From: Patescibacteria group bacterium
GTDB lineage: Bacteria > Patescibacteriota > Patescibacteriia > Magasanikbacterales > UBA922
NCBI GenBank assembly: GCA_028687045.1
Contig: JAQUAW010000001.1
Span: 2,034 to 66,033, forward strand
Reading direction: 5' to 3'
Length of the DNA stretch: 64,000 bases
Each line of letters begins with the position of its first letter. The stretch's first letter is position 1. The position numbers and the translations under genes were made by a program. This document shows positions 49,339-57,811 of this stretch, piece after piece. The notes under the pieces are model-generated. The model ran no database searches. It had not been told where the DNA came from and saw only the letters and a program-made list of their open reading frames with translations.

Positions 49339-50157
49339 TTAGTGATGTGCTTCTTCTTCATCTCCATGTGGAACAGAAGTGGCTACCGTCATATATACCA
49401 AAGTAAGCATCGCAAATACCGTAGCTTGAATCACACCTACCAATATCTCAAGTAACATGAAAGGTGTTGGAACAAAAGCCGCAACTAAAGCCGAAATCAC
49501 AGAAATCAAGATTTCTCCAGCAAAAATATTACCAAAAAGACGTAGAGAAAGAGATACAACTTTTGCAACCTCAGAAACTATTTCGATAAGACCCACACCA
49601 AATTCAATGATAGCTGCAAAAACAGCAATGAACCCTTCGCCAATACCATTTTTGAATTTTTTAAAACTTTTGAAAACATTTTTTATTTGTACAAACTTAC
49701 CCAAATGTGTAAAAACACCAATAGTAGCAAAAGCATAGAGATGCGAACCAATCACAGAAACAAGTGCCATAGCGAGAGTAAGATTCAAATCAGTGTTGGC
49801 AGGACGAAGCAACATATTGTGTCCAACAGTAATACTTCCTGTACCTGGTAAAAGTCCAAGCCAATTTGATAACAAAATAAAAAAGAAGATAGCACCAACT
49901 ATTGGCAAAAATCTAATAGTCTTTTTTCTATCTCCTGTAACTTGATCAAAATAACCAAGTAGCGTGTCTAAGAAAAATTCACTAGCATTTTGTAATTTTC
50001 CTGGTTTCAAACTTATACTTCTTTTTATAAAAATTCCTAAAATCAAAAAAATGACAATCGCAAGCCAAGCATTTACCATAGTATTGGTAATATTTAGATT
50101 ACCAATGTGAAATACTGCTTCTGGAGCAAGTGTAGGAATGTGAATTTCTGCGCTCAT
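49339..50157 (-). CDS. atpB: Fo ATP synthase a subunit
   Basis: 272 aa with a conserved Arg in the LSLRLFGNIFAGE motif. Confidence 0.85.
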   Translation of the reverse strand: MSAEIHIPTLAPEAVFHIGNLNITNTMVNAWLAIVIFLILGIFIKRSISLKPGKLQNASEFFLDTLLGYFDQVTGDRKKTIRFLPIVGAIFFFILLSNWLGLLPGTGSITVGHNMLLRPANTDLNLTLAMALVSVIGSHLYAFATIGVFTHLGKFVQIKNVFKSFKKFKNGIGEGFIAVFAAIIEFGVGLIEIVSEVAKVVSLSLRLFGNIFAGEILISVISALVAAFVPTPFMLLEILVGVIQATVFAMLTLVYMTVATSVPHGDEEEAHH

Positions 50158-50192
50158 AATTTATTTATTTTGATTTCCATAATTAATGGTGT

Positions 50193-50278
50193 TCTCCCCC
50201 TTGTAGGGGGAGCTAGAGGGGGTTAATGACAATTTAATCAACGTCGAACCCCACCTGACCTCCCCTACAAGGGGAGGA
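50193..50278. repeat. GC-rich composite hairpin element between atpZ and atpB
   Basis: CTCCCCCttgtaGGGGGAG and its inverted twin CCTCCCCtacaaGGGGAGG flank a third hairpin, AGGGGGTT…AACCCCAC. Confidence 0.55.
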
Positions 50279-50297
50279 ACTCTCTAAAAAGTTTTAT

Positions 50298-50558
50298 TTA
50301 TTTTTTTTCGTCAAGTTTCTTATACTCTTCCCCATACAACTTAGCTTTCTTATAAATCATTTTAGTAGAAAGAAAGGCAGCCAAGAGAAAAGCTGAGATA
50401 GTAAACCAAGGAGCGTGTCCATATTTACCTTCAAGCCACTGACCAATTAAGACAAAAACTATAATAGGTACAGCAATTATGGCTCCAAAATCACCCACAA
50501 TACGTAGACCCAACATCATATATTTTCTATCTTTTGGATCTTCTGGTAAAAGAGACAT
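50298..50558 (-). CDS. AtpZ/AtpI-like small membrane protein encoded upstream of atpB
   Basis: 86 aa with two TM helices, in the leader position of the atp operon. Confidence 0.5.
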   Translation of the reverse strand: MSLLPEDPKDRKYMMLGLRIVGDFGAIIAVPIIVFVLIGQWLEGKYGHAPWFTISAFLLAAFLSTKMIYKKAKLYGEEYKKLDEKK

Positions 50559-50727
50559 ATTTTTTGAAAGAATGTCTAGAATAAAAACGGTGCTATTATA
50601 ACTGTTTTAACCCATTTAGTCAATTATTTAGCAAATTTGTTGTGAATAATAATAACTAGACAAAATTTGGCCAAAAAATAACACGCCATCAGTTTAGCAA
50701 AAACAAATACGATGTCAATCTGATTAC

Positions 50728-50752
50728 CCTTGACAAATTGGAATTTGTTGTT
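50728..50752. promoter_or_regulatory. Operator-like palindrome CCTTGACAAATTggAATTTGTTG. It overlaps a -35-like TTGACA and lies upstream of tatD.
   Basis: Near-identical to the site at 33788..33809. Confidence 0.45.
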
Positions 50753-50842
50753 CTAAAACAAATAAGCGTTATTTACTCTTAAATAACAAAGAATCTCAAA
50801 ATTACCGAGATTCTTTTTTATTTTATAAATTTTTCAATCAAA

Positions 50843-50880
50843 ACTTTCGTAATTTCGTACTGTTCGTATTTCGTATCCCT
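50843..50880. repeat. TTCGTA array (4 units with an 8-9-bp period) downstream of tatD
   Basis: CTTTCGTAATTTCGTACTGTTCGTATTTCGTATCCCT is a direct repeat of 51790..51830. Confidence 0.6.
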
Positions 50881-50886
50881 CAAAAC

Positions 50887-51732
50887 CTAAATTTTAATCT
50901 TATCAAACAACCTCAAACTATTTTCCCAAATAATATTTTGGACTTCCTTAACACTCAAATCTTTTATAATAGCTACTTGTTTGAGGACTTCTTCTACCAT
51001 CCAAGGTTCACAACGTTTGCCACGATACTTTTGAGGAGCGAGATATGGAGCATCTGTTTCTATCAAAAATCTATCCAAAGGAACATTTTTTACTACTTCC
51101 CACAAATCTTTTTGAATTTTTGGTTCTGTCTTTTTGCTAGGAAAAGTGATAATACCCGTGAAACCCAGATACAAACCAAAATCCAAATATTTTTGAGCAA
51201 CTTCCCAATCTCCACTAAAACAATGTACTACTCCACGTATTGGCTTAGGTAATGTTTCTAATACAGCAATTAGCTCTTTGTGAGCATCACGAACGTGAAT
51301 TACCAATGGTAAATTATGTTTTATAGCAAAATGATATTGCGCCAAAAATATTTCTTTTTGTTTTTTCAAAACTTCTTCAACTGTTTTGTCTTTCGGAACA
51401 TGATACAATTCAAAACCACATTCCCCTACTGCAATTACTTTGTCTGACTTAGCAAGTTCAGCAAAATATTCTTCATCAAAATTTTCTTCACGAGAAACAA
51501 AAGATGATTCTTCTTCATCGACATAAGTTGGAAATAAGTGTATTGGATGAATCCCGATTGAAGCAAAAATATTAGAATTACTTTCAGCTAACTCCACCGC
51601 TTTTCTACTCGTTTCTTTTTGGGTACCAATAGCATGAAGCCAAATATTTTTTTCAGCACAAACTTCAAGCACTTTTTCACGCTCTTCATCAAAACCTTTG
51701 AATTGTATATGGCAGTGAGAGTCAAACAACAT
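50887..51732 (-). CDS. tatD: TatD-family metal-dependent DNase/hydrolase
   Basis: N-terminal FDSHCH and a TIM-barrel motif layout. Confidence 0.85.
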   Translation of the reverse strand: MLFDSHCHIQFKGFDEEREKVLEVCAEKNIWLHAIGTQKETSRKAVELAESNSNIFASIGIHPIHLFPTYVDEEESSFVSREENFDEEYFAELAKSDKVIAVGECGFELYHVPKDKTVEEVLKKQKEIFLAQYHFAIKHNLPLVIHVRDAHKELIAVLETLPKPIRGVVHCFSGDWEVAQKYLDFGLYLGFTGIITFPSKKTEPKIQKDLWEVVKNVPLDRFLIETDAPYLAPQKYRGKRCEPWMVEEVLKQVAIIKDLSVKEVQNIIWENSLRLFDKIKI

Positions 51733-51742
51733 ACTATTAACT

Positions 51743-51830
51743 GGATACGAAATACGAAAATTTACGAAAGTACGAACTACGGAACTTTCGTATGTTCGTA
51801 CTTTTCGTATTTCGTATCCCTATTAACGAA
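51743..51830. repeat. Long imperfect palindrome built from the same TTCGTA/TACGAA units, upstream of tatD
   Basis: GGATACGAAATACGAAAATTTACGAAAGTACGAAC…CTTTCGTATGTTCGTACTTTTCGTATTTCGTATCC. Confidence 0.6.
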
Positions 51831-52437
51831 TTAAATTCTCAGCGTAATCTACAGTAGAATGAAGCAATTGCAAAGCCTTTGGCAAAAGTGGAATAAAGAT
51901 AGAGGCAATATCACTCAAAATTGGAGCGATTATTGAATTTGCCAAACTTGTCATTATTTTTTCAGAAAGCGGAATTCTTTCAATAAAATATACAAACAAG
52001 CCAAGACTTAGAATACCTTCAATAATACCCAAACCTAAACCAAACAAACGATTGAAAGTTTTGACAAAAGGAACGATAGAAACTATCTTAAAAATTCTAT
52101 CAATAAACCAAAACAAAACACCAACCAAACTAGTAATAATAAAAAAAGCCAAAACAAACATCAAAACCTTACTAGTATTTACTCCCCAACCTGTTACAGA
52201 AATAAGCCAATTAGCCAAATCCTGATAATATCTACCGGCCAAATAAACACCTAAGAAAGTACCAATGAGTGATCCAAATGCACGGACAAATCCAGACCAA
52301 AAACCATAAATACCAAAACTACCTATAATTATAAGAAAAATGATATCAGTGACATTCATACATATATAATAAAAATTATGCTTATATTTTACTATAAAAA
52401 AAATAAAAAGTAAATAAAAAAGCCCAATATTGGGCAA
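51823..52437 (-). CDS. cvpA: CvpA-family membrane protein. The start may be an internal Met (MNVTDIIF…).
   Basis: Four TM helices with GxxxG-rich segments typical of colicin V production protein. Confidence 0.55.
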   Translation of the reverse strand: MPNIGLFYLLFIFFIVKYKHNFYYICMNVTDIIFLIIIGSFGIYGFWSGFVRAFGSLIGTFLGVYLAGRYYQDLANWLISVTGWGVNTSKVLMFVLAFFIITSLVGVLFWFIDRIFKIVSIVPFVKTFNRLFGLGLGIIEGILSLGLFVYFIERIPLSEKIMTSLANSIIAPILSDIASIFIPLLPKALQLLHSTVDYAENLIR

Positions 52438-52454
52438 TTATTTTTGTGGTTTGT

Positions 52455-52602
52455 GAGGAGAACGGTGGGACTCACGTTTGTCTGTCGACTACGGGTATTG
52501 ACGCGAAGGAGGCACGTCAGCACCGCACGTAGAGCAAACTACCAGTCCATCTAGGGAGCAAACTCCCCAGACTATGGCCGCGAGCACTCCACCGTTCCCC
52601 TC
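52455..52602. ncRNA. Candidate structured ncRNA of about 150 nt, identity unknown. It has a long terminal helix and two internal hairpins. The strand is uncertain.
   Basis: About 60% GC in a roughly 30% GC genome. The 5' GAGGAGAACGGTGGGACTCACG pairs with the 3' CGCGAGCACTCCACCGTTCCCCTC. Internal hairpins are CTACG..TGACG..CGTCA..CGTAG and GGGAGcaaaCTCCC. Confidence 0.45.
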
Positions 52603-52662
52603 AACCACAAACTACGATATTTTAGTTAATTTGTCAATAGTTAGTTATAAAAGCAGTTCAAT

Positions 52663-54183
52663 CTATTTCTCTAATCTTACAAACAAAATATCTGCTTTTT
52701 TGATTTTTTTTCCTTCTTGCAATAAACCCCATTTTTTTTCTTCAGCAAAATTGTCTGAAACTTCCAAATTCAATTGAGACAAAATCTTTTCTGCAGTTCC
52801 AGGAATAATTGGTACCAGTGATAAAGCCAAATGTCGTAGACCTTCTACCAATTGATACAATAAAACAGAGATATTTTCACCAGTCTTCACTTTTTCCCAA
52901 GGTTTTTCTTCAGAAATTTTCAAATCTATCTTAGAAACCAAGGAATTGATATTTTTTATTACTTCTTCAAAATCAAATTTAGCAAAAGCACTTTCATAAT
53001 CTAACCAAAATTTTTCTGTTCCAAAAATATCTGTTGCAAGGGCTGGTACCTTATTTTCTTGATATTTTTCAATCATAGTCAAAATACGAGAAGTAAGATT
53101 ACCAATACCATTTACTAGATGAGCGGTGTAGAAATTTTCAAAACGTGATACTGAAAAATCACCATCTTTAGTTGAAGAAACTGCTCCAAGCAAATAATAA
53201 CGTACAGCATCTGTTCCATATTTAGTAACAACATCTTCTGGATTCACGACATTTCCTAGAGATTTACTCATCTTCTCTCCTTCAGTTGTCAAATAACCAT
53301 GTATAAATTCTGTTGTTGGCAAATCCAAACCTGCAGAAATAAGCATAGCCGGCCAGTAAAGAACATGAAATTTGCCAATACCTTTGCCAATTACATGCAC
53401 TACTTCCCTATTTTCTTGATCATTTTGTTCCCAATATTTTGCAAACAAACTTTCATCACTACTACCAAAATTTAAACCTGTTATATAATTTGACAAAGCA
53501 TCCACCCAAACATACATAATTTGACTTTCATCACCTGGAACTTTTACCCCCCAATTGTGAGCACGCTCTGCACTACGAGAAATACTAAAATCTTCCAATC
53601 CTCTATCTATAAAAGCAAGCCACTCATTTTTACGAAATTCTGGAGTAATATTTATAATGTTTTTTTCTAACAATTCTTTCAATTTTTCTTGGTAATTGGA
53701 AAGTTTGAAAAACCAATTTTCTTCTTCAACCACTTCCGGTACAGTCTTATGTTCCAAACATTTACCATCCTCGAGTTCTTCTTCTTTATAAAAAGCTTCA
53801 CAACCAACGCAATACAAACCTTTGTATTTTCTTTTTTCTAAATCTTCTTTCTTGAAATTATTCCACAATTTTTGGGCACCTTTCATATGTCTATCTTCTG
53901 TAGTACGAATGAAGCCATCAAAAGAAATATTCAAAATATTTTTGAAATTATAAAATTCTTTGTAGTATTCATCAACAAATTCTTGAACACCCTTGCCAGC
54001 TTTTTCAGCTGCTTGTACATTTTTGAGAGAGTTTTCATCAGTACCGGACAAAAAGAAAACATCTTTACCCACAAGTCTATGATAACGAGCTATTGCATCT
54101 GTTTGAATATATTCAAGAGCATGTCCAATATGAGGTTTGCCATTGATATAAGGAATAGCGGTTGAAATATAATACTTATTCAT
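52663..54183 (-). CDS. metG: Methionyl-tRNA synthetase
   Basis: HIGH (PHIGHALE) and KMSKS motifs. Confidence 0.9.
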   Translation of the reverse strand: MNKYYISTAIPYINGKPHIGHALEYIQTDAIARYHRLVGKDVFFLSGTDENSLKNVQAAEKAGKGVQEFVDEYYKEFYNFKNILNISFDGFIRTTEDRHMKGAQKLWNNFKKEDLEKRKYKGLYCVGCEAFYKEEELEDGKCLEHKTVPEVVEEENWFFKLSNYQEKLKELLEKNIINITPEFRKNEWLAFIDRGLEDFSISRSAERAHNWGVKVPGDESQIMYVWVDALSNYITGLNFGSSDESLFAKYWEQNDQENREVVHVIGKGIGKFHVLYWPAMLISAGLDLPTTEFIHGYLTTEGEKMSKSLGNVVNPEDVVTKYGTDAVRYYLLGAVSSTKDGDFSVSRFENFYTAHLVNGIGNLTSRILTMIEKYQENKVPALATDIFGTEKFWLDYESAFAKFDFEEVIKNINSLVSKIDLKISEEKPWEKVKTGENISVLLYQLVEGLRHLALSLVPIIPGTAEKILSQLNLEVSDNFAEEKKWGLLQEGKKIKKADILFVRLEK

Positions 54184-54298
54184 ATTTATTTTTTGGATTA
54201 TTAGAATAACATAAAAAATATTTGTGTCTATTCGTTAGTATTTGTGTTATTCTTAAACTTTTTTAATTCACAAAACGTAAAATTTAAAATTCACTTTT

Positions 54299-54979
54299 TT
54301 ATTTAGAAATGATAACAACGAATTCTCCTTTATCCTTCACCTGCATATCACCAAGTCCACCTACTGTCCCACGATAAATCGTTTCAAATTTTTTGGTAAG
54401 TTCCCGACAAATGCAAATCTTAGTTTCTGGATTCAAAAACTCTTGCATACTTGCCACGGCTTTGAGAATTCTGTGATTTGATTCATAAAAACAAACTGTC
54501 TGTTCAATATTTGCTAAATTTTTAAAATAAGTTTGTCTACCATTTTTTTGTGGAGGAAAACCAAGGAAAACAAATTTGTCAGTAGGAAATCCAGAAATAG
54601 AAAGTGCTGTCACTACAGCAGAAACACCAGGAATTGGAATAATAGTTAATTGGTTACTTAGTTTATTAGTTAATTCACTAATTAAAAGATTACCTGGATC
54701 ACTTATACCCGGTGTTCCTGCATCAGTAACTAATGCTAAATTTTTACCTTCTTCAAGCAATTCTTTTATTTCAGAAACTTTTCTTTCGTCACTATGTTGG
54801 TGATAACTAATTGTCTTAGTGGTGATTTCATAATGATTCAACAATTTTTGAGTGACTCTAGTATCTTCACACAAAACAAAATCAACGCTTTTCAAAGTTT
54901 CCAAAGCGCGCAAAGTAATATCACCTAAGTTTCCAATCGGTGTAGCGACAATATATAATTTTCCAAAATCAGTCGTCAT
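54299..54979 (-). CDS. rsmI: 16S rRNA (cytidine1402-2'-O)-methyltransferase RsmI (tetrapyrrole-methylase fold)
   Basis: LYIVATPIGNLGDITLRALETL…LCEDTR. Confidence 0.8.
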   Translation of the reverse strand: MTTDFGKLYIVATPIGNLGDITLRALETLKSVDFVLCEDTRVTQKLLNHYEITTKTISYHQHSDERKVSEIKELLEEGKNLALVTDAGTPGISDPGNLLISELTNKLSNQLTIIPIPGVSAVVTALSISGFPTDKFVFLGFPPQKNGRQTYFKNLANIEQTVCFYESNHRILKAVASMQEFLNPETKICICRELTKKFETIYRGTVGGLGDMQVKDKGEFVVIISK

Positions 54980-55232
54980 AATCCTTATTTCTTAATTCTT
55001 AGTTCTTATATAATAACAAATCTAGCCAAAAAATCAAACTATTGACAAAAAAACGAATTTAAAGTAGATTGACTAATCAATTTTGACTAAACAAGGTCAA
55101 ATTTTGTCTACCAAAGATGCTGTCAAACTATTTAACATTATCTTTGGCAGACCAAAAGTCTGCAAACAGACCTGAGAAGGAACGAGCTGGAAGTACCAGA
55201 ACGTCTCTTCTCACCTGCACCTTGGGAGAGGT

Positions 55233-55460
55233 GTGGAAATAAGACGAACAAAGGCCGACACCTACATCAGTGTAGGTTCGGCCATCGGCGCTATAGCGGG
55301 CGCCGTCTTCGGCCTCGAGGCCGGAGGAAACATGGGTGCAGGAATCTTCTGCACCGTGGTCGGCTCCGCACTTGGAGTCGTCCTTGGACTGGTCGCTATG
55401 CCAGTCCTAAAACTAACCGCTGCGGCGTTTGTCAGATCTGACAAACGCCGCGATCTCTAA
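55233..55460 (+). CDS. Small Gly-zipper membrane protein encoded in a GC-rich island. Alternate start codon; the gene model is uncertain.
   Basis: GSAIGAIAGAVFGLEAGGNMGAGIFCTVVGSALGVVLGLVAM carries GxxxG repeats. Local GC is near 58%. It is followed by two hairpin terminators. Confidence 0.4.
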   Translation: MEIRRTKADTYISVGSAIGAIAGAVFGLEAGGNMGAGIFCTVVGSALGVVLGLVAMPVLKLTAAAFVRSDKRRDL

Positions 55461-55510
55461 CAGCCGTGGGCAGAAGCTAAAAACTTCTTTGCCCACGGCC
55501 ATCCAATCTT
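55413..55510 (+). terminator. Tandem hairpins ending in T8 downstream of the Gly-zipper ORF
   Basis: GCGGCGTTTGTCAGATCTGACAAACGCCGC is a perfect palindrome. It is followed by CCGTGGGCA…TGCCCACGG and then ATCTTGccaaaaCAAGATTTTTTTT. Confidence 0.6.
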
Positions 55511-55585
55511 GCCAAAACAAGATTTTTTTTATTTTTTATGCTATAATATGAAAACTAAATAGAAATTAATGTCTAAAATAAAAAT

Positions 55586-56989
55586 ATGAAAAAACCTGTA
55601 GTTTATATAGCTCTACTGAGCTTATTACTTCCCCAAATTTCTTTAGCAACTGAATTCAACCCTAATTTTATTATTACTGATGAAGCTTTGCAAAACAAAG
55701 ATACCATGACAGTCTCTGATATTCAGATTTTTTTGGAAGAAAAAAATAGTGCTTTAGCTGACTTCATTACTGAATACCAAGATGGATCAAGACAAAAAGC
55801 TTCTAGCATCATCTATAATTCAGCTCAAAAATATAATATCAATCCCAAATATTTACTTGTAAAACTACAAAAAGAACAAAGTCTAATTACCGAAAAAAAT
55901 CCTAGCCAAAAACAATTAGATTGGGCTACAGGCTACGCTGTATGCGACAGTTGTAGTAAAGATGATCCAAGTATTCAAGAATACAAAGGTTTTGCCAAAC
56001 AAGTAGACAAAGCTGCGGATGTAATGCGTGGTTATTATGAAAAAGTAAGTTCTCAAGCTTGGATAAAAAGAGCTGGACAAACTTATAATATAGACGGACA
56101 AGATATTACACCAGCCACCAATGCTACAGCGTTTCTTTATACCTATACTCCACATTTGCATGGCAACCAAAATTTTTGGACAATCTGGCAATCTTGGTTT
56201 GAACAAAGCTATCCAGATGGTACCTTAGCCAAAACATCTACTGATACTACAGTATATTTGATTCAAAATGGCAAAAAAAGAAAAATATCTAATATGACTT
56301 CTTTGATTACCCGCTTTGATCCAAAACTTATAATTACCATAACAAAATCAGAACTAGACAAATTAGAAGAAGGAATAGAAATCAAATTACCAAACTATGC
56401 TATTGTTAGTTCCCCTTCTGGTTATTACTTGCTTGATTATGATTACAAAAGAAAATTTGATAGTTATGATGTTGTCAGAGCTATAGGTTACAATCCTGCC
56501 GAAATTATGGAAGTCACAGATACTGAATTATCTGAATATTTACCTGGCAAAAATATTAGTGCCGATGTAAAAGATTTAACAGGTCGTCTAGTGCAATTGA
56601 AAGGAACCAACAATTTTTATTATATAAAAGATGACACTTATGCTCCAATACTTGATAAAAAAATAATACAATTGAACTTCCCAAATTTAACTATTGATAA
56701 AGTAGACAATAGTGCTTTCAACAACTTAAACAAAACAGAACCACTATTACCAAAAAATGGTACTATCATTGGTGTAGAAGGTGAAGCTACTATCTATGTT
56801 ATGGAAAATGGTAAAAAAAGACATATCAACAATGAAGAGACTTTCTTACAATATGGCTATAATTGGAAAAATGTTGTCTGGATAAATTTTGGAGCAGCCC
56901 TAATCATTCCAGAAGGTCAGCCCTTGCAATTAATCGAACAACTTGATAATTTAGATGTAGTCACAACTTCGGACGTATCAAGTCTTTAA
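55586..56989 (+). CDS. Secreted protein with two copies of a roughly 35-aa repeat shared with the amidase at 4865..5683. Possibly a cell-wall-binding or murein-hydrolase-associated protein.
   Basis: Signal peptide MKKPVVYIALLSLLLPQISLA. Repeats are TTVYLIQNGKKRKISNMTS and ATIYVMENGKKRHINNEETFLQYGYNWKNV. Confidence 0.5.
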   Translation: MKKPVVYIALLSLLLPQISLATEFNPNFIITDEALQNKDTMTVSDIQIFLEEKNSALADFITEYQDGSRQKASSIIYNSAQKYNINPKYLLVKLQKEQSLITEKNPSQKQLDWATGYAVCDSCSKDDPSIQEYKGFAKQVDKAADVMRGYYEKVSSQAWIKRAGQTYNIDGQDITPATNATAFLYTYTPHLHGNQNFWTIWQSWFEQSYPDGTLAKTSTDTTVYLIQNGKKRKISNMTSLITRFDPKLIITITKSELDKLEEGIEIKLPNYAIVSSPSGYYLLDYDYKRKFDSYDVVRAIGYNPAEIMEVTDTELSEYLPGKNISADVKDLTGRLVQLKGTNNFYYIKDDTYAPILDKKIIQLNFPNLTIDKVDNSAFNNLNKTEPLLPKNGTIIGVEGEATIYVMENGKKRHINNEETFLQYGYNWKNVVWINFGAALIIPEGQPLQLIEQLDNLDVVTTSDVSSL

Positions 56990-56999
56990 ATTATAATTT

Positions 57000-57791
57000 A
57001 TGCCCATAGTATTTGCAGCTATCACACCTCATCCACCTATTATTATAGATGGCATAGGAAAAAACAAAAAAGAACTAGTAAACAAAACAATAACAGCTTT
57101 TGAAAAACTTGAACAAAATCTATATACTAGTAAACCAGATGTTATTGTTATAATTTCTCCACATGGTGATATTTTTGAAAATACTTTTGCAGTAAACCTG
57201 TCTGAAAATTTTGTTTCTCATTATGAAAAATTTGGTGATTTTGCTACCCAAGAATCATGGACAGGTGAAATAATGTTGGGACATATTATCAAAGAAAAAT
57301 CTTACGAAAAAAATTTACCAGTACAACTAATCACCGAAGCAAAACTAGATCATGGTTCATCAATACCACTTTCAAAATTAACAAAACACTTCCAAAATAT
57401 AAAAATATTACCAATTGGCAATACTCAACTAGATCCAAAAACACAATTAGAATTTGGACAACTTTTATACGAAATATTTTCAGAATCAGAAAAACGAATA
57501 GCTATTATCGCCTCAGCTGATTTGTCACATGCTTTAAATAGTGATTCTCCGGCAGGCTTTCACAAAGATGGTGAAGAATTTGATAAAAAAATTATTGAAT
57601 TACTAGAATCTCATAATACAGCTGGTATCGTCAACTTAGATCCAGAACTTGTAAAGAATGCTTCTCAGTGTGGCTACAACTCAATAATTACAATACTTGG
57701 ATGTCTAAGAAACATCAACTATTCTTTCAAAAATATTTGCTATGAAACTAGTGTAGGTATTGGCTATCTAACTGGAGAATTTGTCTTTTAA
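57000..57791 (+). CDS. LigB/MEMO1-family protein (class III extradiol dioxygenase-like fold)
   Basis: N-terminal FAAITPHPPII and SPHGD motifs. Confidence 0.5.
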   Translation: MPIVFAAITPHPPIIIDGIGKNKKELVNKTITAFEKLEQNLYTSKPDVIVIISPHGDIFENTFAVNLSENFVSHYEKFGDFATQESWTGEIMLGHIIKEKSYEKNLPVQLITEAKLDHGSSIPLSKLTKHFQNIKILPIGNTQLDPKTQLEFGQLLYEIFSESEKRIAIIASADLSHALNSDSPAGFHKDGEEFDKKIIELLESHNTAGIVNLDPELVKNASQCGYNSIITILGCLRNINYSFKNICYETSVGIGYLTGEFVF

Positions 57792-57811
57792 AAACCAAAT
57801 ATTTTAATTTT

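Noticed and set aside
55262-55444. A 60-aa antisense ORF opposite the Gly-zipper ORF
   Set aside because: It lies in a GC-rich region where both strands stay open. The sense frame has a coherent GxxxG TM pattern and the antisense does not.
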